A stretch of DNA of 64,000 nt. It comes from Podarcis bocagei. Lineage: Eukaryota. The DNA is taken from NCBI GenBank assembly GCA_964188305.1, contig OZ076885.1, one strand, 5' to 3'. Position 1 is the stretch's first letter. Each line of letters opens with the position of its first letter. Of the stretch, positions 1 to 13,190 are shown piece by piece. The notes beneath the pieces were generated by a model, which saw nothing but the letters and a program-made list of their open reading frames with translations, was not told the origin of the DNA and ran no database searches. Position numbers and translations under genes: made by a program.

Positions 1-598
1 TCATCTGATCATTGTGCACGGTTATTCACAACAGAAACAGGCAGTGAAAACATATTCCAGGACCAAGGCTACCATCCTACAAATATTTACTTGGGAGTAA
101 GTCTCACTGAACTTAAAGGAGCTTGTATCTGAGTAAACATGAACATTATCAAGCTATAAGCCTTTACTCAAATTAACATTGTCCACACACATGTTCAAAT
201 ATTTAACCATAATCATTAGCTTGTTCCATTGTAAACAAGAGCTGGCACTAGTAAGATCCAGTATATGGGTTGCATCTAGCTAAGTCATACTAAAGAGTAG
301 AACAACTGGAATCAGTGGACTTCAAATATTTCAGTGGGTCTACACCGAGAATGACTTACTTGAATTTAGCCCTAGGCCTCCAGGTAGACAAGTGATGTAT
401 TATTCAATTTCTGCCAAATCAGCTTCCATGCACAAGCAAAGCAGTTTACAGTAGTCAATGGCTCCATATATACACAAAGCTTAGCCAATTTATAACTTTA
501 TTTGGTTTGGGGGGGAAAGCGCTCTCTGAAACCTGACAGTACAGGAATCAATGGACTATAGCATCAGTGACCATCAGGCATATTTGCAGGCTAAGAAC

Positions 599-858
599 TG
601 AGGAGGAGGAGGAGTTTGGATTTGATATCCCACCTTTCACTCCCTTTAAGGAGTCTCAAAGCAGCTAACATTCTCCTTTCCCTTCCTCCCCCACAACAAA
701 CACTGTGTGAGGTGAGTAGGGCTGAGAGACTTCAAAGAAGTGTGACTAGTCCAAGGTCACCCAGCAGCTGCATGTGGAGGAGCGGAGACGCGAACCCGGT
801 TCACCAGATTACAAGTCCACCGCTCTTAACCACGCTGGCTCTCACACCACACTGGCTT
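599..858 (-). mobile_element. Squam3-type tRNA-derived SINE
   Basis: Reverse strand reads GAGAGCCAGCGTGGTTAAGAGCGG...GGTTCG...GATATCAAATCCAAACTC(CTC)n. Confidence 0.8.
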
Positions 859-1724
859 CTGATGAGTGTATCCTACAGGATTCCCTCCTTAATAGAAAAA
901 AAAATGCTAGATTTTTTTTTTTGAGGCATTATGTCTCTGAATACCAGTTGCTGAGAACTATAAGTGGGCAGAGTGCTGTTTCACAACCAGAACCTGAATT
1001 TGCTCCCCATGGGTTGGGTACTGTGAGAGATAAATACTGGACTAGATGGACCTCTGCCCTGACTCAACAGGCTCTTTTTCATATATATACACCTTTCCAT
1101 ATATAAGCCACCCTTTCCATAATCTACTGAGGGGGGGGGGACATTGAATGACTATCTCAGAACAACAACAATAACACCTATATTGATTGCAGAGGGAAAG
1201 TGCAATAAAAGCAAGCCTTGACACTGCTCTACTATTGTTGTCCTGTACGCCAGTTACAGAGTTCTTTTTATGTGGCAAATATACCGTAAATAATAATTGT
1301 TTTTCCAGCCTTTGGCTACATATGCTTTGTGAGCCACAAAATTGCTACTATGAAATGTAGGCCAGCCTAGGCTCAACAGAGCGAATATAAGAACGAGAAA
1401 GAGAGAGGGGAGGGGGATTCCATTGAAAGACTTATGAAACTCGTCCAATCCATAGGTCTGGGTCATTGAGACCGAGTCCTCCAACAGTCCAACAAATGGG
1501 ATCCTCTCGTAACTAAGGAGACCCCACCTGGCTGAGAGAATAGTTAAAAGGCACTGGTACTGAATGGCGGTAATCTACCTTGCCCTCCTCTAATCAAAGT
1601 ATTTTATTTTGCACCCCAAGTGTTGAAGTCTAAACCACCATTTTGGGGAATCATCCAGGAATGTAACTGCAGGAAGAAATCAAAAGGGCAACCAGAGAAT
1701 ACACTGTAAACATGCATGTTGGTA

Positions 1725-2104
1725 GCCGAAGAATTTATGCTTTTGAATTATGGTGCTGGAGGAGACTCTTGAGAGTCCCATGGACTGCAAGAAGATGAAA
1801 CCTATCCATTCTTAAGGAAATCAGCCCTGAGTGCTCACTGGAAGGACAGATCCTGAAGCTGAGGCTCCAATACTTTGGGCCACCTCATGAGAAGAGAAGA
1901 CTCCCTGGAAAAGACCCTGATGTTGGGAAAGATGGAGGGCACAAGGAGAAGGGGACAACAGAGGGAGATGGTTGGACAGTGTTCTCGAAGCTACCAACAT
2001 GAGTTTGACCAAACTGCGGAAGGCAGTGGAAGGCAGAAGTGCCTGGCGTGCTCTGGTCCATGGGGTCACGAAGAGTTGGACACGACTAAACAACAACAAC
2101 AACA
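1725..2104 (+). mobile_element. BovB (RTE) LINE, 5'-truncated 3' end
   Basis: Encodes ...GHLMRREDSLEKTLMLGKMEGTRRRG. 3' end GGGGTCACGAAGAGTTGGACACGACT with (AAC)n tail. Confidence 0.9.
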
Positions 2105-3264
2105 GCTTTGTAAACGTGGGTTGTTGGAACAATTGCAATACGACTGGCAAGACATTTGATGGCAGAGCCACAGCCGGCCTTGTATGATCTACAGAGAGAA
2201 CTGTGTCAATGCAGGTCTTATCCAAGCACCTCTTCACTGCCATTTCTAAGGCTTGGAAATGGGGGTTAGATGACCCTCGATCTAAATCGACTGCATGCTA
2301 TTCTCAACTGCCCCAAGATAAAAGTAAATGGTTCCAAGAGGATATTATTTCCTTGACCGCCTAATATATACAGGCAAAGTTCCAATTCTTTTAAAAAGGA
2401 TGATAAAAATGTGATGATATTTAAAGATTTCCTGTACACAGACATCCCAAGGATAAACTTGAGGTGTGGGGGGTGGTGGAGGAAACCACAGTTTGTTTAT
2501 TTTCAGTCAAAGTTATTTTGAGAAGGGCAAGATTTATTTCATTGTTGTTAAGGTCACAACAGCAGACTTTGTGAATACAAGGTATCTGTATTACCCACAA
2601 TTAAACATTAGGTACACTAGTATCGACCACGGGTGGAAGCTATAACGAAATATAGTAAAGGTCCAGCATATGTTAGACAAAGGACAAAGGAATGACAGTA
2701 ACTGACCAATTTATCTGGTGGAAACTCACTCAGCTCTTAAAACACAAGCTTGTTTTACACACAGTTATCAAGGACGTTCCGATCCCATCTACCTCAACAT
2801 CTGTCTATAAGACTAGCATTGTGGAATGCAAGTCCTACCACACCCAATACTTGGTCAGGCTGATTTGGGCTGATGGCAGGCTGGTGAGCCAGAAATTCAC
2901 CATCAGTACTACAAACTGTAGCCAACCAAATTATTCAGAGAGGTACACAAGAAAAGTTTTATGGCCCATCCCCTGTTGTGAGTCCCCAGTATCTGGTAGT
3001 CAAGAGATTTACTGTCTTTCAGAATGAGAAAGAAGCCTCAGACTTTGCCCTCCCCACACCTAATATATTATCCATATATCTATTTTTAAATAAATAAAAA
3101 GATACTGAAATATCCTAAGCCAATGGTTTGCTTACTCTGTAAACACAGAAAACAAAGCAAGCAAGCAAAAAACAGCAATGCTCACAAACATGTGGAAAGC
3201 AGATTTCAAATTATATTGGTATCTTACAAAAGAAGACCAATTGATTAGGCAGCACTAGGAGCCA

Positions 3265-3583
3265 CCCAGTTGTGGCAGACTCTGGGGTTGCGGCACTTAT
3301 CTCGCTTTATTGGCCGAGGGAGCCGGCATACAGCTTCCGGGTCATGTGGCCAGCATGACTAAGCTGCTTCTGGCGAACCAGAGTAGCACATGGAAACACC
3401 ATTTACCTTCCCGCCAGAGTGGTACCTATTTATCTACTTGCACTTTGACGTGCTTTTGAACTGCTAGGTTGGCAGGAGCAGGGACTGAGCAACGAGAGCT
3501 CACCCCGTTGCGGGGATTCGAACCATGACCTTCTGATCGGCAAGTCCCAGGCTCTGTGGTTTTACCCTCAGTGCCACCCACGT
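3265..3583 (-). mobile_element. Sauria (Squam1) SINE
   Basis: GGTCATGTGGCCAGCATGACT core, TACCTATTTATCTACT, and reverse B-box GGGATTCGAACC. Confidence 0.88.
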
Positions 3584-3727
3584 CTGGAAGTAGCCACTGA
3601 CAAATACACTGTTAGGTGGAAAAGCACAGAAAAATTATCTAGGCTTTTAGGGAGCTTCCTAAAATGTTATTATAGAATAAAATACACTAGATATCAACAA
3701 GCTGCAGCACTGATTTAACAAAGAACA

Positions 3728-3897
3728 ACGGTGCACAGACTTGACAACTGGAGCCAACAGTAAAGTGTACAATGCTTTGACTCAAACAACTTGAATTCCC
3801 CCCTCCTCTGTCACGGTGCACAGACTTGACAACTGGAGCCAACAGTAAGGTGTGCAATGCTTTGACTCAAACAACTTGAATTCCCCCCTCGTCTGCC
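3728..3897. repeat. Tandem duplication, two 85-bp units
   Basis: ACGGTGCACAGACTTGACAACTGGAGCC... starts at 3728 and again at 3813, with few mismatches. Confidence 0.9.
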
Positions 3898-4197
3898 AAA
3901 TGGCAAAGTAAAAACAGGAGTCTCAAACAACTCCAGAACCAGATTCCACTTTTTTTTTTTAAGGGGGAAGTTTGGCAAGGGATTTGCCTCTTTTCAATAT
4001 TCTTAAACCTCATAACAAAAGCCAAATAGAGGTTTTACAAATATTGCAATTAGAACAGTAAAGGAAGCAGGGGGAAGTACACACATTCCACAAGACATTT
4101 AGAAAGGCCCATAATTTATATGTGCTTATTTGCTAACCCTAAAAACATCTGAGCCAAGAAAGAGGAGACATGCCAGATTGTAAACAGAAATAATATA

Positions 4198-4366
4198 CCG
4201 TATTTTTTGCACCATAACACTCACTTTTTTCCTCCTAGAAAGTAAGGGGAAATGTCTGTGCGTGTTATGGAGGGAATGCCTACGGGTGGCATGCCTACGG
4301 ATTTTCCTCCTCTAAAAGCTACGCGCGTATTATGGTTGGGTGCGTGTTATAGAGCGAAAAATACTG
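4198..4366. mobile_element. Tc1/mariner-type MITE (TIR CCGTATTTTT.GC.C.ATAA)
   Basis: Terminal inverted repeats flanked by TA. Confidence 0.8.
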
Positions 4367-4962
4367 TATATAGTGGGCAAAACTGAGAGACAGTCAATGG
4401 GAATTAATTATTCAAGGATACAGACTCTATAGAATAAACTTCCAAGCATTTTGAAATCCTAAAAGATCAGTTCAGAATGTTTCCCATTGGCCATTATCTG
4501 CATGGTCAATATGAGAGGCTACTACTGGCGAGTTTTTCTATGGACATATTTCATATTCCCCCAGCTCTCTCTTTTTTCACAACTATCTCCTGGGGATGCC
4601 TGACAAAGAGGAAAGCATAAGGGAGAGTTGAAGATCCCTTATCTGAAGGAGCAGACCTCTATGAGGCCCTGATAAAGACTTGGTAATGACACTAGCATAC
4701 AAGAGAATATGTTTTTATTCTACCAAAAAATAAATAAAAATCCTGTCATATTTCAGTACAGTTCATTTACAAACCAGTTCAACAACAATGGTCCCAACGC
4801 AGCTCTTTGACAGACATCTGCCAAGAGAACAGGCATTGACATATCTAAAATTGTCCCAAAAACATCCCTTATTCTGTTGGTCTGTGTGTGAGAAGGGGGG
4901 AGGGGAGAAAATATGTATGTTTGATCTGAGAAAGTTATGCATGAAAATATGGCCCGTGTGTA

Positions 4963-5183
4963 CAGTGGTACCTCGGGTTACAGACGCTTCAGGTCATGCG
5001 ATTTCGGGTTGTGCACCGCGCTGAACCCGGAAGTACTGGAACAGGTTACTTCTGGGTTCTGGCGCTCGCGCTTTGCGCATGCGCAGAAGCGCCAAATCAC
5101 AACCCGTGCGTGCGCAGACGTGGTGCTGCGAGTTGCGAACGCGCCTTCCACACGGATCATGTTCACAACCCGAGGTTCCACTG
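4963..5183. mobile_element. Tc1/mariner (Tigger/pogo-like) MITE
   Basis: TA|CAGTGGTACCTCGGGTT...AACCCGAGGTTCCACTG|TA. Confidence 0.88.
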
Positions 5184-6194
5184 TATGTGTAATCGCAAAG
5201 GAAGAGGGATATGCATTTGGGTTGAGAGAGTGGGGAGATTTATGTATGGTTGGGGGGGCGTGAAGGAAAGAAATATGCCTGTGTGCGGTTTGTGAGAGGG
5301 ACATATGTATGTTGGGGGTGTGTGAGGGAGGGATACAATTTTGACAGGGGTACAAAGTAAGTATTAAAAACTCATGCATTATATCTACTTGTTTTTGAAG
5401 TGCTAAACGATGTACACCTATTTTTCAAGATGAGAGATGAAACATCAGATCTCAGCTTGCTCAGTAGCTGATCTGGGACAGCAGACCAGAGAGAGGGTGG
5501 GCATCTCTGCAACTTCACTGGCCGTGCACTAGCACACATTCAGCCATTCAATACTCACAAGCCAGAGGCATGTGATATTGGAACAGCAGCAGCCTACAGG
5601 ATCTTTTCTGCACAACATCTGGGCAAGAGCAGTCAATCTGAGCAGGAATAATCTGCTATTTATGCAGCAGTATTAAAGGCGTACAACCATTTCTAAGTGA
5701 AGCATGCAGTGGGAGGTAGCATACAACAAGCATAATTCCAGGGCATAATTCCAACCCTGGCTTGCTTGAGAAACCAACATCCGAACACTGTTGATACACA
5801 CATTTTGTGGGCCAGCTACAGAGAGCTGCCCAACTCCTGTCAAGCCACTGACATATTACAAGTCTCTGCTTCTCTGGTCATTCCAAAGCCACTTCCCCCT
5901 ATACATTTTTTAAAACATAATTTCAGTAAAGTAACATAGGAAGTGAACATATTTATATGAAGTCAGCTCATATTTTTTATAAAAGACCTTATGTGACAGC
6001 CAGCTCTAGCACGATAAACACTTCTACAGCTTGGCTCTGATGGAAAAACCCACCACAGAAGCCTCTCTTGTGCGGCAAGATAAACATGACCCATCTTTGG
6101 TGGCTGCTTTTCTCAAGCGGTCTTTCTTTGTAAAGGATGCATTATAGGGTGCATGAAAACAAGATGTTTTCTGTGAGGGAAGTCTTCATGCATA

Positions 6195-8007
6195 GTCAGA
6201 CTAAACTGATCTCGTTTTTTGACAGAATTACAAGCCTGGTAGATGAAGGGAACGCAGTGGATGTAGCCTACCTTGATTTCAGCAAGGCATTTGACAAGGT
6301 GCCCCATGATATTCTTGTAAAGAAGCTGGTAAAATGCGGTCTTGACTATGCTACCACTCAGTGGATTTGTAACTGGCTGACTGACTGAACCCAAAGGGTG
6401 CTCATCAATGGTTCCTCTTCATCCTGGAGAAGAGTGACTAGTGGGGTGCCACAGGGTTCTGTCTTGGGCCCGGTCTTATTCAACATCTTTATCAACGACT
6501 TGGATGATGGACTCAAGGATATCCTGATCAAATTTGCAGATGACACCAAACTGGGAGGGGTGGCTAACACCCCAGAGGACAGGATCACACTTCAAAACGA
6601 CCTTGACAGATTAGAGAACTGGGCAAAAACAAACAAGATGAATTTTAACAGGGAGAAATGTAAAGTATTGCACTTGGGCAAAAAGAATGAGAGGCACAAA
6701 TACAAGATGGGTGACACCTGGCTTGAGAGCAGTACATGTGAAAAGGATCTAGGAGTCTTGGTTGACCACAAACTTGACATGAGCCAACAGTGTGACGCGG
6801 CAGCTAAAAAAGCCAATGCAATTTTGAGCTGCATCAATAGGAGTACAGTGGTGCCCCGCAAGACGAACGCCTCGCGAGACGAAAAACTCGCAAAACGAAA
6901 GGTTTTTTCGTTTTCGAGTTGCCTCGCAAGACGAATTTCCCTATGGGCTTGCTTCGCAAAACGAAGCTTGCCCCGCAAGCTCCGGGGACAGCGCTTCTTC
7001 CCCACTGTCCCCGGACCTCTTTTGAAGCAAGGGGCGGCGGGGAGAAGCGATCTTCTCCCCGCAGCCCCAGGTCTGGGGACAGCGGGAAGCGCTTCCCGCT
7101 GTCCCCGGACTTCTTTTGAAGCAAGGGGTGGGGGGGGAGAAGCGATCTTCTCCCTGCAGCCCCAGGTCCGGGGACAGCGGGAAGCGCTTCCCGCTGTCCC
7201 CGGACTTCTTTTGAAGCAAGGGGCGGCGGGGAGAAGCGATCTTCTCCCCGCAGCCCCTTTGCTTCAAAAGAGGGGACAGAGCGGCGCTTCCCCTCTGTTC
7301 CCGGACGGTCTCCATAGGAATGCATTGATTGATTTTCAATGCATTCCTATGGGAAACCGTGCTTCGCAAGACGAAAAACTCGCAAGAAGAAAAAACTTGC
7401 GGAACGAATTAATTTCGTCTTGCGAGGCACCACTGTATAGCATCTAGATCAAGGGAAGTAATAGTGCCACTGTATTCTGCTCTGGTCAGACCTCACCTGG
7501 AGTACTGTGTCCAGTTCTGGGCACCACAATTCAAGAAGGACACTGACAAACTGGAACGTGTCCAGAGGAGGGCAACCAAAATGGTCAAAGGCCTTGAAGC
7601 GATGCCTTATGAGGAACGGCTAAGGGAGCTGGGCATGTTTAGCTTGGAGAAGAGGAGGTTAAGGGGTGATATGATAGCCATGTTCAAATATATAAAAGGA
7701 TGTCACATAGAGGAGGGAGAAAGGTTGTTTTCTGATGCTCCAGAGAAGCGGACACGGAGCAATGGATCCAAACTACAAGAAAGAAGATTCCACCTAAACA
7801 TTAGGAAGAACTTCCTGACAGTAAGAGCTGTTTGACAGTGGAATTTGCTGCCAAGGAGTGTGGTGGAGTCTCCTTCTTTGGAGGTCTTTAAGCAGAGGCT
7901 TGACAACCATATGTCAGGAGTGCTTTGATGGTGTTTCCTGCTTGGCAGGGGGTTGGACTCGATGGCCCTTGTGGTCTCTTCCAACTCTATGATTCTATTC
8001 TATGATT
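6195..8007 (+). mobile_element. CR1 LINE, 5'-truncated ORF2 (RT), interrupted by a MITE
   Basis: [33 protein letters not shown] and KFADDTKL motifs. In-frame stop near 6386. 3' tail CTATGATTCTATTCTATGATT. Confidence 0.95.
6846..7435. mobile_element. Tc1/mariner-type MITE with internal palindromic tandem array, nested in CR1
   Basis: TA|CAGTGGTGCCCCGCAAGACGAA...TTCGTCTTGCGAGGCACCACTG|TA. The CR1 sequence resumes exactly after it. Confidence 0.92.
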
Positions 8008-8942
8008 ATACACAGTATATGTACTGTATATGTGAAGCTTTCCTTTTGCAAATTCACTCCAGGGTCTCACTGTGAAAACTTGGCACCTGCATTCTTAATG
8101 CAGCACTACCAACCATCTTTGGCTTCTCCTGCTTTTACTTATGGCAAGTGGTTGCCCAAGATACTTGGCAAACCTGATGCTTAGTCACTCACTCGTTTCC
8201 ACTCCCAAATGCCTCTCCAAAACAACAAACATCAGCTCTTCTGAACAAGCAAGCATAGGATAGGCTGCAATTAAGTCTGATTCAACTACATCATTACACC
8301 TTTTACATTTTGTACAACAACTTTCAAGAGCTCAAGATGACTTATTGATAACTACTTTTCTCTATTGTATAGAACAGGGGTCAGATGGAGAGCCTCTGCC
8401 CCCCAGAAATTGTCAAACTGCAACTCCCATAATGCCAAACCATTGGCTAAGCAAGCTGGGCTAATGGGAGCAGGAGGGCCGCAGGATCCCCACCAATGGT
8501 CCAAAATGATTATCCACAACTTTCTCCCCCCCCCCCAATGCTTTCTGTTTTGTTTTAATATTTATGCAAAGTCTTTATATGTGCTGTTTTCACACCCTAG
8601 GAATCTTGTCCAGAAGGGCAGTGTGGGTAATTCAAATCATCAACAATGTGGAATAAGTCACAGGATTATTTTAAAAATATATTAAAAAGAGTAGCCCCGC
8701 CGACTTAACTTTCTTCCTTAATCACTTTTGGAGTTCGTGCACACCTCCTAAATATTCAACAACTAATTCCTTTAGTTTGTCTCCCACTCGGTATGCCAAG
8801 CTTTAAAACCCTGTTGCTGGGCGGTGGGGACTAAGACGCAGCTTCACATATTCCCTTATACCCAAACACCTTCCGAAGCAGTTTTATTTTCAAAATACCA
8901 TTCCCCTCGATTATAATTCTGGTTCTGAAGCCATCCACTAAC

Positions 8943-9030
8943 CTCTAGCAGTGTTGAAGAGGGAGAAGATGCATACGCAGGCGGCGGCGGCGGCGGCGGG
9001 GTAAGGCAGGAGCCCCCTCCGCCGGGACAT
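8943..9030 (-). CDS. ITGB5: First coding exon (signal peptide MSRRRGLLPYPAAAAAACVCIFSLFNTAR-G) of probable integrin beta-5
   Basis: ATG at 9030 inside a CpG island. 88 nt = 29 codons + 1, then donor AG|GTTAGT at 8942. Signal-peptide-like with a phase-1 end, as in ITGB5 exon 1. Synteny downstream of MUC13/HEG1 on the same strand. Exon 2 not recognised within 1-8942, so the identity rests largely on synteny. Confidence 0.75.
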
Positions 9031-9620
9031 GACGACCGCAGCTGGAGAAGGGGGAAAATAAAAAGGCTCCTCGAAAGTCTTTTGTGCAGCTGCGCCGGGA
9101 GAAGGGGAGAGAGCGGCGGCGGCGGCGGCGCTGCTCCTTCAGCAAAGGCCACCGCTAGAGCGGCTGCAGGCACCGGTCGGCTCGGCCAAGGGAAGAGGCG
9201 CGATCCTGGGCATTCCTGCCTCGTCCGGAGCACCCAATGCAAAAGATAAAGGGGTGCGCGCGCGTGTGTGTAAAGAACGAGAGAAATGGGGGAGAGAAGA
9301 CACTGCCTCCTTCCTTACACCTCCACAGCAGGCTCCATCTCGCGCAATGCTCGCCTTGTTGCGCCCGCGACGCCGCGCACTTCTCCCGGGACTCGAAAAG
9401 TTGCGCGACTCCTCATCCGCCGAGCTCTCCCAGGCCCTGCCTTAGCAGCCTCTTCAACATCTCCGCCTGATTTTGCATCTGAATTTCTGGCTAGTGGTTT
9501 GTGCTCCTCTCTCTCTCTCCGCGTCTCCTTTCCTCTTTTTACTCTCTTTCCAAGACTCAGCAACTTACTTCCTACAGGATCTGAATGGCAAATCTCCGCC
9601 CAGCCTGCCCAATAGGCACC
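8960..9620 (-). promoter_or_regulatory. CpG-island promoter/5'UTR of the ITGB5-like gene
   Basis: Abrupt GC/CpG-rich stretch with (GGC)n runs around the first exon, in an otherwise CpG-poor region. Confidence 0.75.
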
Positions 9621-9788
9621 CGGGGATTTTTAACTCTCTGTAGCCCGATCAGGATGCACCTCCCCGCCTCCGATCACAGCATTAAGTTCCTAATCTAAAC
9701 TAAAGGCTTTTTTTAAAAAAAAAAGCTAAATAGATCTATGGATTCCAGGTCAAAAGTAAGCGAGTGCATAATAAACTTGTTCTAGATT

Positions 9789-9935
9789 CAGGTAGGTAGC
9801 CGTGTTGGTCTGACGGTCGAAATAAATAAATTAAAAAATTGTCCAGTAGCACTTTAGAGACCAACTAAGCTTATACCCAGAACAAACTTTGTTGGTCTCT
9901 AAAGTGCTACTGGACAATTTTATTTTTTATTTATT
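9789..9935. mobile_element. Penelope-like element remnant with inverted repeat
   Basis: GGTAGCCGTGTTGGTCTG head, inverted CCAGTAGCACTTTAGAGACCAAC pair, 17-bp direct repeat TAAACTTGTTCTAGATT on both sides. Confidence 0.8.
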
Positions 9936-10267
9936 TAAACTTGTTCTAGATTGCCACAGCATTAAATGACAATCATATATGCATACTTATTATTTGAATA
10001 AAATTGCGACTCGGGCTGTATACACACCATACATGTAAAGCGCGTCTCTCTCTCCCCGCCCCCTCAAGAATTCTGGAAACTCAGCTACAATTCCCAGCAC
10101 ACTTAAACTACAGCTCCCAGGATTTGGTGCCTGCGTGTGCTTTAATTACATTTGGTCGGTACGCAGCTCCAGTACTGAACTTAATTGCCCTTCAGTTACA
10201 TGGTAATCATGGATGTAGCGGGGGGGGGGGCGGACAGAGAGGGGCAGCTGTCCCCCCCCAATCAATA

Positions 10268-10622
10268 AAAGGTAAAGGTAAAGGGACCCCTGACTGTTAG
10301 GTCCAGTCGCGGACGACTCTGGGGATGCGGCGCTCATCTCGCTGTATTGGCCGAGGGAGCCGGCGTACAGCTTCCAGGTCATGTGGCCAGCATGACTAAG
10401 CTGCTTCTGGCGAACCAGAGCAGCGCACGGAAACGCCATTTACCTTCCTGCTGAAGCAGTACCTATTTATCTACTTGCACTTTGACATGCTTTCGAACTG
10501 CTAGGTTGACAGGAGCTGGGACCGAGCAAAGGGAGCTCACCCGTCGCGGGGATTCGAACTGCCAACCTTCTGATCAGCAAGCCCTAGGCTCTGTGGTTTA
10601 ACTCACAACGCCACCCGCGTCC
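10268..10622 (-). mobile_element. Sauria (Squam1) SINE, full length
   Basis: (AAAGGT)n tail at the left end, tRNA head at the right end, homologous to the 3265 copy. Confidence 0.9.
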
Positions 10623-12437
10623 CCCCATCAATAAATACCAATAATAATAAAAAAATAAATCAATCAATACCAATTAAAAAATACATAGCAAACAGAGATT
10701 CTGCCCCCCCCCCCAACAAAAGGCCAGCCCACCCTAACAAAAATCCTGGCTATGCCCGTGATGAAAATGTATGCTGCATTACTTTTCAGTTATCTCAAAA
10801 TGCGGTAAGCCAGACTTGCTGCTTTTGAAGGCACACCTACCCATTTTGCTGAGTGAACCCTGGACTTCTACCCCAAAGTGGTGCCCTGAGGGCATCATTA
10901 ACAAGGCCCTGCCATGCCCAGTGACTTGGAAAAACCCTCACTGAACTCACTGAAACTTTATTCTGATAAAACTTATACAAGGCTATTGGACTGTAAGGTA
11001 TTGATTTGTGGTGTGCAATTCTAAGGTAATGCCCTGGAGTAAAGGTAACCTGTGTATTATCTTCCAAGTACACTTTCCTGCAGGGTTAGGTAAACCCAGT
11101 ATCAGCCTGTCTCTGTCCACTATTTTAAGGATCAGACTGTTAAGTACTTACATCAAAGGCAAGGCTACTCACTTTGTAGGCCTGGAACGCTTTGTAGGCC
11201 CTTGATAAACAAGCTAACACATTACTGCATAAGTAAATGAAAGTAAAACAAGCTGAAGGGTGGATCCTTTAACTCCAACCCATAATAACTGGAGTCATTA
11301 TTTAACTCTATAATTACCAATTACTGCACAGATCTTCTCCCAGTCCCCTAGAGAGAAATGAGTGTGCCGTTTCAAAAATAGCTCAGCTCCTCAGCAGACA
11401 CAACAGCTCCCGAGTGTCCCTGATCAGTCAGTGCATACCTGTACACATTGGATAAATGACTTCACGCTCGCATGACAAGTAGTTAAAGCTTATTGCCTAC
11501 TCTTCCTGGCTGTGAACTGCTCTGGTCTGGTCTGGTCATGATTGGTACTAAATTAGGAAGCATGCAAAGAATAGGGGGGGGGGGAGAAATTTTGTGACGT
11601 ACTGAAACTATCAAATATAAGTAAAATTGGCCCCTACTAGAGATTATGTGAACTTAAAAGGAAAGATCAGGTAGAGTGCAGGTATTCTATTAATCACCAC
11701 TGCTCTTCTTCTAGAAAATGAGGTGCCAGAACTCACCCTTGTTCTCTTATAATGGCAATGGCACCCATCTGAGAGGTTCCAGAACTGAGTTTGGGTGAGT
11801 TCCAGCTTTAAAAAAGCCCTGCTCTTCACATATTCCTGAGCTGCCCTTGCTTATGGTGTGATATATGCTCTATCAGCAATAGCCAACAAGGTCCAGATGT
11901 TGTGGACTCCAGCTCCCATCATTCCTGCTGATTGGCCATGCCAGCTGGGGCTGATGAGAGTTGTAATCTGAAACATCTGGAGAGCTCCACATTGGTTAGC
12001 CCAGCTCATCAACTGTCAGGCAGACATTGGTTTTTAGGGTGCCACGAGTCTCTTTGTTGTTCACACTGTTCACACTGTCCTATAACTGTTCTATAATTTT
12101 GACTCTGCTAGACTTATTGCTGTGAGCCTTGCAATTCTTACATGCGGGGGGGGGGCATATAGGAAGATATGTCTTGATGTATCTAGTCCAGTAACAGTGA
12201 ATTCTCTTGGGACAAGCCCAATAGCTATTTCCGCTGATAACACAAAAGATGACTTGCTGTGCATGTTTACTTGGAAGTAAGCCCTATTGTGTTCAATAGG
12301 ACTTACCCCCAGTAAGTGTGCCTAGGACTGCAGCTGCAGCTGGTTCATCTCTAGTTTGCTGATAAGTGCAAAATCTAAAAGCCATTTGCTTACAAACTAA
12401 AAACAGCAGCTAATTGCTGATTGCCCCATGCTGTTCA

Positions 12438-12683
12438 CCGTATTTTTCGCTCTATAAGACACACCAGACCAGTTTTGGGAGGAGGAAAACAAGAAAAAAA
12501 ATATTCTGAATCTCAGAAGCCAGAACAACAAGAGGGATCGCTGAGCAGTGAAAGCAGCAATCCCTCTTGCTGTTCTGGCTTCTGGGATAGCTGCGCAGCC
12601 TGCATTCGCTCCATAAGACGCACACACATTTCCCCTTACTTTTTAGGAGGGAAAAAGTGAGTCTTATAGAGCAAAAAATACGG
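12438..12683. mobile_element. Tc1/mariner-type MITE, same family as 4198-4366
   Basis: CCGTATTTTTCGCTCTATAAGAC ... GTCTTATAGAGCAAAAAATACGG. Confidence 0.8.
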
Positions 12684-12824
12684 TAAATCACAAACAGAAA
12701 ACATGTCATAATTCCTTATGTAATAACCAAGTGTTTCGCTCTTTCTCCTTTTCTTGCTACTCTTCTGCCTGTTTTAACAAGTACCTACATTTTTTTACAT
12801 CGTATTTATTGATGGATTTATTTC

Positions 12825-13190
12825 AGATGGTTCAGTTGGGTGGGAAGGAAGAAGGGAACGAGGCAGCAGGTGAAGAGTCTGCTTCACATTCAGAACGTCC
12901 CAGTTCAGTTCCCCAGCATCTCCAGGTAAGGCTGAGGAAGCCTGCTGCCTGAAACTGTGGAGAGCCGCTGTCACTTAGTATAGACCAGGGTTTCCCAAAC
13001 TTGGATCTCCAGCTGTTTTTGGACTACAGTTCCCATTGTCCATGACCACAGGTTCTTCTAGCTATGGATGATGGGAATTGTAGTCCAAAAACAGATGGAG
13101 ACCCAAGTTTGGGAAACCTTGGTGTATACAGCACTGGGCTAGATGGACCATTTGTATGACACAGTATAAAGAGTGGCTTCTTACTTCCAG
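12825..13190 (+). mobile_element. Degraded Squam2-like SINE interrupted by a hAT MITE (12986-13121)
   Basis: CCAGCATCTCCAGGTA...CTGGGCTAGATGGACC SINE body. The MITE has long TIRs CAGGGTTTCCCAAACTTGG and near-TSD GTATAGAC/GTGTATAC. Confidence 0.7.

Noticed and set aside
599-858. tRNA genes at SINE heads (also near 3500-3580 and 10540-10620)
   Set aside because: The A/B boxes belong to SINEs and no full cloverleaf is present.
6398-7447. 349-aa ORF with RT motifs as a functional gene
   Set aside because: 5'-truncated CR1 with an upstream in-frame stop. The C-terminal half is read-through into a MITE.
1-8942. ITGB5 exon 2 (LNICTSG...CAWC)
   Set aside because: Not recognised in the window, so presumably beyond the left edge.
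8856-9615. ORFs over the CpG island
   Set aside because: The plausible coding frame is the 88-nt exon 9030-8943. The longer ORFs are GC artefacts.
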